From Dimorphilus gyrociliatus (taxonomy: Eukaryota > Animalia > Annelida), in contig CAJFCJ010000005.1 in assembly GCA_904063045.1 (NCBI GenBank), positions 2,722,165-2,786,164 of the forward strand: 64,000 bases of DNA. The letters are read 5' to 3'. The notes under the pieces were generated by a model. That model worked only from the letters and a program-made list of their open reading frames with translations. It was not told where the DNA came from and did no database searches. Positions within the stretch are counted from its first letter, which is position 1. Each line of letters begins with the position of its first letter. Below, in pieces: positions 41,594-54,672 of the stretch. A program made the position numbers and the translations under genes.

Positions 41594-43076
41594 CTAGTCC
41601 ATACAGGTTTCAGAATCTTGACTATCACCGTCAAATTGAGAGTTCCTAGACGTGCAAATGAAAGTATTTTAGTTTATAAATTACAAATGACTACTTTTTT
41701 AATGAATGATTAAAATTACCTTGATCTCCAGGTTGTGGTTGCTTTAAATGCACGTAATCTAGCTTCAATATCAGCTATCTCATTCCTATTTATCTTCTCC
41801 TGATGTTTAACAAGTTTGCGGAGTTCTGTTTTTTGTTGTTGTCGATATGAATGATATAGTAAATTGGGAATTAGCAAAAGAATACCAACTTTTTATTTGT
41901 TCAATAACTTTTGTCATCGTCTCTTGTGGTACATCGTGCAAAAGAATGGTTAAAACGTATCTATTTGTTTAAAATAACAGATAAAAATGTTTGTATAAAG
42001 ACTAATATTATATATAACGATAAGCAACAACTTACTCATCAAGATTATGTCCTTCCCTATGAACACTATGTAAAACTGCAGCAAGAGCAATCTGTCAAAA
42101 GATATTTATTATATTAGTATTGCGTATCGAGGGTATAATGGGTAGAGTAGAACTATAAAACCTGAGACGGAGAATATAGTAAAAATACATCAGTATGAAG
42201 AGAACGATCTATAAATTCTAAGGCGATCTTTTGAACTCTCTCAAAATTAAATTTAACATCTTTACAACGAGTCTGCAATCGAGATGTAAATGCTATTAAT
42301 GAGTTGTTAATACTAATTGACATAGCTGTCTATGAGAACTTACTCTGATATCTAATAAGAATCCATCTACAGCTTTATATGGTTTATATATTGTAAGATG
42401 ATAGTGCAATTTTAACATTACTAAAAGCTCATTGTCTCTTACAATTTTTTCACACGCTTCTTTCGGCATGAGCTTACAATACGACGAAAAATTTTGAATT
42501 GAAACGTAATATTCTTCAACTTTACATGCTAGAAATATGCAGGTAATCCTGAAAAATTGGGAAAATTATGAGTTAAAAAAGGGTTTCACTTGTGAAGTTA
42601 TACTTTGACTTACATTATATCTTCAGGATTATATTCCATGATAGAATTATGTAGAAAAAATCTTTTAAAGTAGATCATTGATGTAGCCTGTAGTAGTATT
42701 ATGAAAAAAGAGAACATTTATAAATTATATTTTCCTTAAGTTTGCCAGATCTTACAATAACAAATGAAGGTAACGGTGTAGGGAAAGACATGCAAAATTT
42801 CTTAATTTCGTATTCGTAGGCTAGACTTAGCTTATATTCTTGATGAGGTGTCAACAAGTATCTAGCTTCTTCTTCCTGTTTATGGTATACAATTTAAGGA
42901 ATAATGACTTTGAGAAACAATTTAAAATAGCGATAAAAAATTGAATGACTTACGGATAATTGTTTTATGCCTATTTTATTGATAAATTCAGAATTCGCTT
43001 CATTTCTTAAGTTCCTTACTTCGTCAATAGAAGGAAATATCCAAAATTTCCTTTGGGTACTGGTTGAGAACAGCAT
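41594..43076 (-). CDS. CCNH: Cyclin H (CAK/TFIIH subunit), multi-exon
   Basis: Spliced translation MLFSTSTQRKFWIF...[38 protein letters not shown]...LHYHLTIYKPYKAVDGFLLDIR...TDVFLLYSPSQIALAAVL matches cyclin H. Stop TAG at 41596-41594. Confidence 0.93.
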
Positions 43077-43551
43077 GTTTATGTATTATCTTTTTCTTAT
43101 CAAGCAGAAAATGAGAATAGTCAAGGTTTTACAATAATATACTGAACAAATAAAAACCAAAAACGAGTCAGAAAGTGTGTTTAAAGTTTTCGTTAGAGTT
43201 GACTTCTGCTCGACACAATTTAAACTAATTCTGAATCCGTATTTCGGTTTTTATAACTCCCCGGCTTACAGAAGTCCGAAAAACCGGAAGTGTAGTAATA
43301 TTCATTTTCCCATGAAAAACAAAATAAACTTGTGTTTAGATATTAGAATTTTAATTTTTGAATACTTTTAAGAGTAAAGATAAATATATTAAATTTTTTG
43401 CGATTTATTTAAATACGAAAATAACTTTGATCACATGACTTCATCGCCATGTAAAGCGACGTGCTGGTAGCAAATTTTCAAGTAATTTCGTCAACATTTC
43501 TGCTCTATTTTAACAGACATCCCTTCTGCATCAGATTAAGTTGTATACAAA
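43077..43551. promoter_or_regulatory. Bidirectional promoter region CCNH/AP3D1 (475 nt between ATGs)
   Basis: Head-to-head ATGs. ETS ACCGGAAGTG at 43283-43292; M-box/CLEAR-like GATCACATGAC at 43429-43439. Confidence 0.7.
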
Positions 43552-45887
43552 ATGGCTTTGACCTTAAAAAAGGTCAAAGGAACTCTGGAAAGAGTGTTAG
43601 ACAAAAATTTACAAGATCTCGTTCGTGGCATAAGGAATCATAAGGAAAATGAGGTGACAATTTTTTTCTTCGTTTAAGTCCATTTCTATCGTATGACAGT
43701 AGTCAAGGATGGAATAGAGTAGCAATTATTGTACTCTTGCGGCAATCGATTGCTTTTGTGACAGAATTTAATGTTAATCCAATATTATAGAGCAAATATA
43801 TCGCGGAGTGTATAGACGAAATCAAACAAGAATTAAAACATGACAACATCTCTGTTAAAGCAAATGCAATTACAAAGTTGACCTATGTAAGTGTGTTTAC
43901 GTAAAGAATTAATGAGAGATGCTAATCGATAAAATATCATCTTTCCAGTTACAAATGCTAGGCTATGATATAAACTGGGCTGCTTTTCATGTAATTGAAG
44001 TAATGAGCTCAACCAAGTTCACATTTAAAAGAGCTGGATATTTGGCGGCTGCACAGTCTTTCAACGATGGTACGGACGTTTTAATGTTGACAACAAATTT
44101 GATTCGGAAAGACCTTAGTAGTTCAAATATGTACGATGCAGCTGTTGCATTGAACGGACTATCTTGCTTTGTAACACCTGACTTAGCAAGAGATTTAGCT
44201 AGTGATATTAGTACTTTGGTACGTACTCAAAGCACTGTTCTTTTTTCGTCATATTACAGAATTATATACATTTTAATCGACAAATCTAGATGACATCAAC
44301 TAAACCTTATTTAAGGAAGAAAGCAGTCTTGATAATGTATAAAATCTTTCTGAAGTATCCTGATTCTCTTCGACCAGCATTTCCTAGATTAAAAGAGAAG
44401 TTAGAGGATCCTGATCAAGGTTAATTTTGTAAAAATTCTTCCCATGACTTATTTAAAGTATTTTACATTCATTAATATAAATTATTAACAGGCGTACAAT
44501 CCGCTGCTGTAAATGTGATATGCGAGTTGGCCCGTAAGAACCCGAAAAATTATTTATCATTGGCTCCGCTCTTCTTTAAACTTATGACAAGTTCGACAAA
44601 TAACTGGGTTCTTATAAAAATTATTAAATTGGTTAGTATTAATTCTTTTATTCGAAGTGAATTTATTCATATTTATATTCTCACTAAATAAAGTTTGGAG
44701 CCTTAACGCCGCTAGAACCTAGACTAGGAAAGAAGTTAATTGAACCGCTAACGAATCTAATTCACAGGTAAATATATAGATTATTTTAAATGAAAATTTT
44801 TGAATATTATTAATCAAAATCGTTTAAACAGTACATCAGCTATGTCTCTATTGTATGAGTGTATCAATACGGTTATAGCTGGTAAGTAAACTATTTATAT
44901 TGTTTTTGAAAAATCTCCTAGTTGAAGGGAGTAAAGGCGAATGAGAGATTTTTTGTCATAAAAAATGAAAAGGACAAATAGATTCGTGCAAAATTTAAAA
45001 GCCATGCTAAGCTAAGCGCAAATCGATTTTTTTTTAAAAAACACTCAAAAATTTCCTTTATATTGATAATATATACTCCTTAATAAGTTTCCAAGATAAG
45101 TTACTCTTTTTACTTAAACTACTTCTTTCTTTACTTTAAAAATGTTAATTACTCTTAATACTATTATTATTTCCTTATCTTTTGTTTCTTATAAAGATAA
45201 TCTTTTTAAGAGCCTTGAAATGGTTGTTATTCTATTTAATAATAATCTATTTCTTCTAGATAATTATACCAAATATATTGCAATACATAAGTGCTACTTA
45301 TAATTTTTAATTACCTTAATTAAGTGCCTTTAATTTTATTATTCTTTACACTTTCCCTGAAGTTAATATAAAAAATTTTTTGTATTGCTTTTGTTGTTTA
45401 ATCACTTTATCACCAACTTATTTAACTATTATATATATTAGCTAAGTCTCATTTTTCTATTTTTGTAAACAAATTGTCAATATTTTGTAGTTTTTTTCCT
45501 TTTTATTAAACTCTAAAAGACTCCATAGAAAAAAAAGTAAAAAAGCTTAAACTATACAAAAATTTCCAACCTCTTTTTTCTTTTAATATATAAAATTAGA
45601 TCACGTTTTTTATGTGGTGTACTTGAATTGCCCCAATTTTCTAGACAATTTTCTTAGACCTGAAGAGAACACAGAATGTCTACGAGCTGATTATAGAAAT
45701 TACTTCTTTTTCTTATTTGTAGTAACTTTTTTTATTATATATATATTGTTATTTATATCAATAATTTTAACTCTTTCTCTCTTTTTTTTTAATTGATTGT
45801 GTTGTAAACATAATGGAGGAGTTGGAGGAATTTAAATTTCTTGACTTATTTCTTTTAAGCGTATTGCATGAAGATTAAAAACATTTT

Positions 45888-45930
<43 letters not shown>

Positions 45931-48900
45931 AAATCTTTAATAGAATAAGAATTTTCTATTTTTCTTTGCATGAGAACTTTTTTTTTCATCATGATGAAAA
46001 AAAGGCGCGAAATCTAATAATAAATATTTTATTATTATTATTATTATTATTATTTACCTTTAAACGTATTTTATATTATTAATTTTAACTCCTTTATTGG
46101 TATAACAAAAAAAGATATTTAAAAGTATATAATTAATTAAGTTTAAATAATTTTTATTTTGGCAATTAACTATTAAAGAATATTTTTTTAGTTGTTTTTC
46201 TTTTAAGAACAACATATATTTGGGATATGGATATTATATTTTAATTTCTCAATAGTTGTTTATTAAGTAGAATTATTTGTTTTATGGTGTTTATTTTGTT
46301 CATTTCTGACGCTGTGTTCTCTTCTCCACCATGCTTTGCCTTCGAACGAATGCTCTGTGTGACGCCACCTGCCTTCTCGTCTTCGAACCATTCACAGTGC
46401 TTATTTCTATATCTTCAGGCATCCCAAATCATTCTGCATCAATCCAGGTAAGATAAAATAGTTCAGGTGATGGTAATATCAATTGATTTTAATGTCGAAG
46501 CGTTTTACACTAATATAAAATAGCCAACTAACTATATGTTTGTATAGATTTATACATGCCATATACGGCTTTTTATGTTTATCTAACTTTTGTAATGTAG
46601 AAATGATGCTTAATGAAAATGAAATTTTCTTAATTCGAGTGATTAATTATGGGATTTGAATTTGTTTTGTAAAAGTGAATATTATTTATTACAGTTGTGT
46701 GTTCAAAAATTACGAATTTTAATAGAAGATTCTGATCAGAACTGTGAGTAAAATTAAACGATATTCAGTGTATACTTGTCAATTTGCCATTAATATTTTC
46801 TTCAAATTTTCTTTTATATAGTAAAATATCTGGGACTATTAGCTATGTCTAAAATTTTGAAAACTCATCCCAAGTCAGTTCAATCTCATAAGGACTTAGT
46901 CCTACAATGTTTGGATGATAGGGACGAATCTATACGGTTAAGAGCGTTAGATCTCCTTTATGGAATGGTATGTAATAATCTAATTTAATCCTTTTTCTGT
47001 TACTTTTGTTCCGTTATATATCTAATTGAAAATTTTTTATATGAATAGGTAAATAAGAAAAATTTAATGGAGATCGTAAAAAAATTGATGATTCATATGG
47101 ATCGCGCCGAGGGATCATACTATAGGGACGAACTTTTATCTAAAATTATTCATATTTGCTCTCAAGGAAATTATCAGCATGTTACAAACTTCCAATGGTA
47201 AAATTTTTACACTCTTAAATAACCGTTTAACAGTATCAAATATAGATATATCACCTACTTGTTACAAATGATATTTAATTTTTCAGGTACGTTACCATTC
47301 TAGTAGAGTTAACAAGGATTGAGGGTACAAGACACGGAAATTTAATATCCTCTCAAATGCTCGATGTTGCAATAAGGGTTTCTGCTATTAGAGAATTTGC
47401 TGTGTCACAAATGAAAAATTTATTAGAAAATGCACATATATTTGCAAATAACTGTCAAAGGAATGGAATTTGCGAAGTTCTGTCGGCGGCTGCGTGGATT
47501 TGTGGTGAATTTTCCGAGTAAGAAGTGTTACCTATTTTATCTCTTAAACTTAGCTTTTATCAATTAAAAAGAGTTATATTCAACTTTTTATCTCCCCTAC
47601 TTATGATAAAAGTAATCCACTTTTCTTTTTAGTTATATCGAAGACATTCCAGCTACAATTGAGACTATGTTAAAGCCAAAAGTCACAATACTACCTGGCC
47701 ATATTCAGAGTATGTTTGTTCAAAACATTCTAAAATTATTCGCAAGATCGGTTGATAAAGAATCTGGAGATCCGGAAGAAATTTCAAAGCTGATTGAAAT
47801 ACTATTAGAAAAATTACCATTATTTATTCAAAGTTCAGATTTAGAAGTTCAAGAAAGAGTATGATGATTTATTAATTATTCTATGTTTCTTGAAAAGAAC
47901 TATATTATAATTTTTCTCACAGGCCTGCTCATCCATACAATTATTAAAATATCTACAAAAAATTCATAACAAGAACGTTGATATAGGACCTGAAATATCT
48001 GTACTATTTTCTGGAACTTTAAATCCTGTTGCTCCAAAGGCTCAGAAGAAAGTACCAGTTCCCGATGGGTAAATAATTTATAGAATAATGTAATAATTCA
48101 AATAATTTACCCTTTTTAATCAACTAGTTTAAATTTGGATAAGTGGATAAATGAACCGATTTCGTCCTCATCGGAAGACGATGAAGAGTGCAAAAAGCCT
48201 GCAACATTCTTTTCTTCCTCTATTGAAGCAACCTTTCCTTCTAAGAAAAAAATGCCAGAACCAACTGAAGAAGAATTAGCTCGTAGAAGAGAAGAAAGAT
48301 TACAAGAGCAAGAAAATAATCCATATTATTTAGCGGGTTCAACGAAATCACCAAAGGTAATTGTCATCTTGGGGTAGCTATATAAGCCATTTTTTTATTT
48401 GCCTTGTAGAAAATTATAAAGAGATGGGTATGTTTACTATTGTTTTGGTTATCTTTCTTAAGTTAATCACACACAAAAAACAAACAAAAAGAACAATTTA
48501 TATACATATATAATTGAACAAATATATATTATATAAATTGATCACTTATCTCTAGAAGTAATGATGCAAAAGAAGAATTTTATTGTTGTTTACTATTTTG
48601 ATGAGAGAAAAATGTCGTGCTCTATTTTTTTCCCAGTGTATTTTATCTTTAACTATTTTTGTCTCTCTTTGTCTCTTCTCCTTACCTATTGAGAAGAGAT
48701 TTATTTAAAATGTTTTTAATTTTACTTCAAACTAAATTCAATTTTTTTTCATTCATTTCTTCTCTTTTATAGAAGAAAACATCAATGCCAATGTCACAAA
48801 GTACCGATGATATTCCAGTTGCTGCTATTGAGCTAGATGTGCCGTTGCAAATTTCTTCGTCGAAAAGTCTCTTCAGTAAATATTATTTAAGCCATTGTAT

Positions 48901-51654
48901 ACGATACTTTAATGTAATAAACTATTCCTTTTCTTTCTATTTTCTTTCTAGATATAAAATCCAGCGACAAATATTTAATAGAAGCTCGAGAAGAAGAACG
49001 TCGAGCTATAGAAAAGAAAAATAAGAAACGATTGTCCAAAAAGAGTAAAAAGAAGAAAAATCATTACTCGGATGAGGAAATCGAACCATCGGTTCAACAT
49101 TCTGTTAACGTTGCTTTTGATATGCCAGAAGTATGAAACATTTTGCCTATTGTTACTCTGCTATATTTTTATTCTTATACAAACTATTCTTAGGGCGCTA
49201 CCTTATCTGATGAAGATGCTGCAGATAACAAAGCTGTTGACGATCCTCATCGAATGCTTGACATTAATTTAGATGAGTAAGTTTACGTTACTTTTCTATA
49301 TAAACATTTCTAACATTTCTCTTCAATCTATGATAGACCACTAAAAGAGAACGAAGTTCTACCAGTTCGTCGCCACCGTATTGTTGACAGTATACCTAAT
49401 GATTCGGCTGATATTCCTGATGGAAAGAAGAAGAAAAAGAAGAAAAAATCCAAAGCAGAATCTGATAAACCTGCAAAAACTGAGAAAAAGAAGAAGAAGA
49501 AGAAAAAATCTGCATCTACAGAAAGTAATTTGCTAGTCGAAGAAGATGTAACAATTGATATACAAAATCATGAAAGTATTCCCTGCGAAGAAGAAACTTT
49601 AAGCTTGCCGACACAAGGAAACAAACCGAAAGATGACCTAATAACCTCAAAGATAGATGACCAGGTAAATAAAATAACTATATCTACTCAGTATTACGTC
49701 CAATATCAAATTTAGACAGACTAATTTTAAAATATTAATGCTATTTATAAAATTGCTATGAAATAATAGCTTTTGAAAATAATAGGATACTCTCTTGCAA
49801 CTACAAGTTTTATGAAAAAATTTTTTTATTCATGTTTTTGCCCTAGTTGTTGGCAACCAATCGTGAAACTTATTTTAAGCCTATTCCTTTTTACTATAAC
49901 ACTCTGAAATTATAATAGGCACATCTCAATTTTCTATTAGAAATTAGTATACATTTTTTAACATTTGAGATCTTAAAATTAGTTAATATCAAATTAACTA
50001 GTCAATAGTCTATCAATGTGTAGAATTGTGCAGAGATTTAGCATAAAGTATGGACTGGTACGTTAGGGTCCAGATCTGAAAAGTGTTCAGTAATTTAATC
50101 ACCTTATTACAGAGGGGGAAAATTTAGAAATATTAGTGTTTTGAAATGAGGTTATCTAAATTTGGTACTATCCACTGTCATTTAACGAGTACTGTATTTT
50201 TAAATCTATACTATATAGTGTACATTTATACAAAAAATTTGTTGTACATACACACGCTGGTATATAACTTAATCAATATATTTTTTTAATATTCTAGAAC
50301 GATATGAACTTTTGGTTATCCAATGATAACGAACAAGAAGTCAAGCCAGCGGAGCAGAATTACACGGAAACTATTGAGGTTACTAAAAAGTCTGAAAAAC
50401 CCAAGAAGAAGAAAAAAGATGAAAAAAAGAAGAAAAGAAGAAAACAAAGTGATTATGAAATAGCTGATGGAATCACAACTCCATCAATGGAAAGGTATAT
50501 GAATATACTATTAATATAATATTTATAACATTTATGACTATAATTTGTCTGTAGAGTTGAATTTTTGAGCCCTAAACCACCATCTGACGTTTTGCTAGTG
50601 GCTAGTAACGATTTAATTAAAATTGTAAGTGTCTTTACAACAATAGCTAATCTTTATGAAATAGTAACAATTCTTTTTGTTACGTATTTACAAATCAACT
50701 AGTATATGGGAACAAAGGTTAATAGGCAAAGCAATAGTGTTAGCGCAAAGTTATTACTACAAAATTCGTCCGAGCGAACAACATTTAAGGATATGGAATT
50801 TACAGTTATCGATACTACTAACATTAAATTGCTCAGAGAGGTGAGTTTCAATATTATAATTTACTGAAATACAATATTCGCCTTAAAACTAATCACACTA
50901 TTATTTGGATCAGCCTTCTAACGGAAATCACGAAGGGATTAAATTTCCCTTCGTTCTCCAACCTCTCTCGGAAAGGGAAGCTTTTGTTAACTTTTCAATC
51001 AGCAACGTAGTAAAACCTCAGAAACTGAAAGGAAGTCTTTCATACATTACTAAGGTATTTATATTGCTTTATGTACTCTATGTGTACACTAATATAAAAT
51101 TTAATTTTTTAATAGTCTTCGGAAGGTTCTTCATTAGAAAAGTTAGATTTCAAGTTGAAATTTGATTGCTCAATGTTACTTATACCTGGAAACATCGATA
51201 GGTTTGTCTTTCACAAGCAAAATATAACAATATGGTATTAATATCAATGCTTTTTAATAATTAAACAGCGCTGCATTCTCAAATATATTAGCTTCTACTG
51301 ATTCAATGGTTAAACATTCTTCCGAATGTTCAAGTAAAAAAAGCGATTTTAACCAAATTTTAAAAGATATATGTTTGAGAGCAAGATTTTCCATTGTTGA
51401 AAAAATCGATGCAACAGCCTCATTATATGCTACTTCTATGGAGGGACATCATGTGTGCTTATTAATTAAACAAATGGTAAAAAAAATGCAAATTTTATAC
51501 AACTATTCCTAAACAAAATTTATATTCAACACATAACATTTACTTTTACCTTTTGCAGGGAAACTCCTCGCTAGTGATTGATGGAAAATCAAACGATTCC
51601 TCTTTAATTTCAAATGTCGTTTCCGAAATATGTTCAATTGTATCTCAAATGTGA
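43552..51654 (+). CDS. AP3D1: AP-3 complex subunit delta, multi-exon
   Basis: N-terminus MALTLKKVKGTLERVLDKNLQDLVRGIRNHKENE; LQMLGYDINWAAFHVIEVMSS; LNPVAPKAQKKVPVPDGLNLDKWINEP; lysine-rich hinge; ear domain ending GNSSLVIDGKSNDSSLISNVVSEICSIVSQM*. Confidence 0.96.
45893..45924. repeat. (CT)n microsatellite in an AP3D1 intron
   Basis: Direct reading. Confidence 0.9.
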
Positions 51655-52192
51655 TCGTTGTAAAAAAAAAAGAAAAAAAAACACTAAAACCTAAACAAAA
51701 AAAAGACAAAAATTTAATATGGAATCCTTTTATGTTCTCATTTGTTTTAAGCATTATAAAAACAAATATCTGCTATTCAGGATACCAAAATGATATTTAT
51801 TATGCATAAAGGAAAAATATATCTAAAATAATGAGAAAATTCATCTTATCTAGCTGACTAAGGAATTTAAAAAAAAAATTATGTCAAAATTTTGAAGGCA
51901 ATGATTTTTTTTTGTTGTGCTATATCTTCATTCTTTTCTCTTCTTAATATTAGGCAAAGAAAATACTTTACATTTTGAGTTTCATTGCTATAACGGGACC
52001 ATTAATTTCATATTTTATTGATCTGAATAAAATGTTTCAAACTATTTAACGTACAAAAGTGAAATTTTCTTTTTACTTTACTCTTTATCTAATAATACTT
52101 AAAGAATAAAAAATTCTTATTTAACACTGGTTTATTCTTTAATTAAAGTAAGAAAACTTCCTATGATACATATAAATGAAAAACAATAGTCA

Positions 52193-52687
52193 TTATTGGA
52201 AGGTAGAGTCGTTATTTGATAATAAACTTGCTAACGCATTCTCAGTAGCTTGTTGCTGTAATTGTTGTTGCTGTTGTTGCTGCTGATGCTGTTGTTGAGA
52301 AATTACGCTGCGCTACAGAAAAGTCGTTAGCAATAATTAAATATATGTTTAATTTACCTGTATCACAATAGGTCTTTGATTGAGTTGAGGTTGTTGAGGC
52401 TGCTGTGGTTGTTGAGGTTGTTGGCTGAACCTTATTTGCGTACCAGATATAGCTCCTTGATTAACTAAATTAAAAAATAGTGTTCTAATAAGCGTATCAC
52501 ATTGAAAAACTAAATATTTATACAGATTGAAAACTTACACATTGTTTGATTTTGACCTGATGCAGCAGCAATCTGAATTATGTAAAAAAGAAAATATTAT
52601 CATTATCTGAATTAACAAGTAAATTCTATAACTTACCGCTTGTCCTTGATGTTGCTGAACCATTGCTCCAACCATTTGTCGAGGTCC

Positions 52688-52724
<37 letters not shown>

Positions 52725-53565
52725 GGACCACTATTCATTTGCTTATGTTGACTTATATAACTTTTTAAAGAGTTTACAAACAAGGTCTGATCTTGTGGAA
52801 TACAACCTGTAAATGTATTTTTTTGAGCATTGAACATCAACGTGATTATCTTTAATTCGCGTGAACCGGGGAAATGTATACATCCTCTCATATGACTCAT
52901 AAGTTGATTTTTCAAGTTAGTAAGGCTGTTTGGGTCAACGTTATTGAAAAAAAGATAAACAATAGAACACTTTGTCTTCCAAGCTTGCAACAGTGGGTTT
53001 AATACAGTTCCTGGCAATAGTTGCATATTTAATGTACCAGGCCATTTCGATGTATCCCATATAAAATCATTACTCGCTTTAACCATTTGACACGATAAAC
53101 TATGAGTCACTCTTTGGCCCTCATTAGTTTTCGACTTTTCCATCCAATCGATAGTACCCCGCCAAACAGTTCTTTCCAGTAGCTGAGCCGCACCGGCTTG
53201 GGAAGTAAGTCTTGGATTTGACATTACCGGTTGTTGTTCTTGTTGACGGCCAGTATCTGAAGGTTCTGTTTTTATTGTTGATACTATAGTTGAATTTGGA
53301 TGGGACTGAGATAAGTGCACTGTGCCTTGTGAAAGTGGATTTTGAAGGTTGGGCAACGGCGGAGGCTGCTGATGCTGCTGAAGCCGTTGGTTCTGGAGTT
53401 GGTGTTGATGCTGCTGTTGTTGCTGCTGCTGTTGATGTTGTTGTTGTGTCTGTTGTTGCTGCTGCTGCGGCTGATGATGGAGATGCTGCTGCTGCGGCTG
53501 TTGTTGCTGCTGCTGTTGTTGTTGTTGCTGCTGCTGTTGTTGCTGCTGTTGTTGTTGTTGCTGCT

Positions 53566-53615
<50 letters not shown>

Positions 53616-54490
53616 GGTTGTGGCTGTAATATATCATCGTCATCTTCAGAAATTATATCATGCTCGGGCAGACTGAACCCGTTAAGAAGAATTTGATGGT
53701 TTAATTGAACAGCGTATTTTCTAGCTTCTACTTGTTCTTGATTGACATATTCAAAAACTTTTGTATATAAAGGCGATGATATTGTAGAAAATACAGATAA
53801 TTTAATGTTTTCGTCAACTAATAATTTGCCCACTTGTGCTAATGTGTCATTTCCATTTAATAACGTTTCAACAGGTTTTGATGCGGTAAACAATAAAATA
53901 TATTTAGCTGTTTGTTTCTTTGAAAATAATTGAATTGCTGACGTTAGAGTCCTCCTCAATGGGAAGTAACTTTCAGCAACAAAATTCGAAACGTGTCTAA
54001 AACGTAAAAAAGTAATCTATATATATATATTCATACATATGGTTATTATTACGTTGGCATATTCAAATTCTATTTAAAAATATACTCACGATTCTATTAG
54101 AGTATCCACAAATTGAACAAAGTCTACTGAATTGTTTATTGATGGCGACATCACATCAAAATAATCAGGAGAGTACGTGCACAAGCATACTCTAGTTTCG
54201 TAAAGTTGAGGTTGCTATTTTCATTTCAAAAGAATTATATTTTTAAGAAATTAGGATTAGGGAAATAGATTTTGTTTACCTCAGATGAATCAGCACCGAG
54301 TCCACTAATTACCCTTTAAAACAAAAAATTACAATATTAATTAAAAATTGATAATATATAGATTTAAATAAAACCTTAATGATGGTATTAAATAGCTGTT
54401 TTTTATATCTTCCCATTCTTCACATACGCAGCTGTCCAAAATAACCAAAACCGATTTCCTTTCCTCGATTCTATTATCAAATTTTGACAT
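52193..54490 (-). CDS. MED25: Mediator subunit 25 (vWA domain, poly-Q linker, ACID/PTOV1 domain, Q-rich tail)
   Basis: ACID domain VWRGTIDWMEK...SLSCQMV...KWPGTLNMQLLP...GCIHFP...IITLMFNAQKNTFTGCIPQDQTLFVNSLKSYISQHK. Divergent vWA exons start at ATG 54490; large exon 53996-52637; three small 3' exons to TAA at 52195-52193. Confidence 0.9.
52688..52723 (-). repeat. Coding pure (CAA)12 repeat in MED25
   Basis: (TTG)12 on the + strand, read as Q12 after the ACID domain. Confidence 0.92.
53498..53614 (-). repeat. Coding CAG/CAA repeat: 39 consecutive Gln in MED25
   Basis: 117 nt of CTG/TTG triplets on + between two Pro codons (53615-53617 and 53495-53497). Confidence 0.92.
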
Positions 54491-54672
54491 GTTAGAGGGT
54501 TGAAGACATTCAGTTGAACAAGAAATCTCTATAAATGATTGCCTAGCACTGATCTTGCAAACAACTACAAAGCACCCACAGTCGCTGATATTTTCCCGGA
54601 AACATACAACCGGAAATTTCCTTGTTTGGTATTCTCGAATTTATATAATTAATTACCTTGATAATTTCAAAA
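54491..54672. promoter_or_regulatory. Bidirectional promoter region MED25/FICD
   Basis: Head-to-head ATGs 182 nt apart. TTCCCGGAA at 54593-54601 and ACCGGAAAT at 54609-54617. Confidence 0.65.

Noticed and set aside
45645-45677. 33-nt in-frame candidate exon in the long AP3D1 intron
   Set aside because: Weak donor (GTCTAC), and it would interrupt the highly conserved adaptin trunk.
50036-50059. 24-nt in-frame candidate exon (RFSIKYGL) in an AP3D1 hinge intron; coordinates approximate
   Set aside because: Poor polypyrimidine tract with a competing AG just upstream.
53284-53676. Overlapping ORFs of poly-S/N, poly-A/V and poly-L in other frames and strands
   Set aside because: These are by-products of the MED25 CAG/CAA repeat, which has no stops in several frames; there is no independent start or expression evidence.
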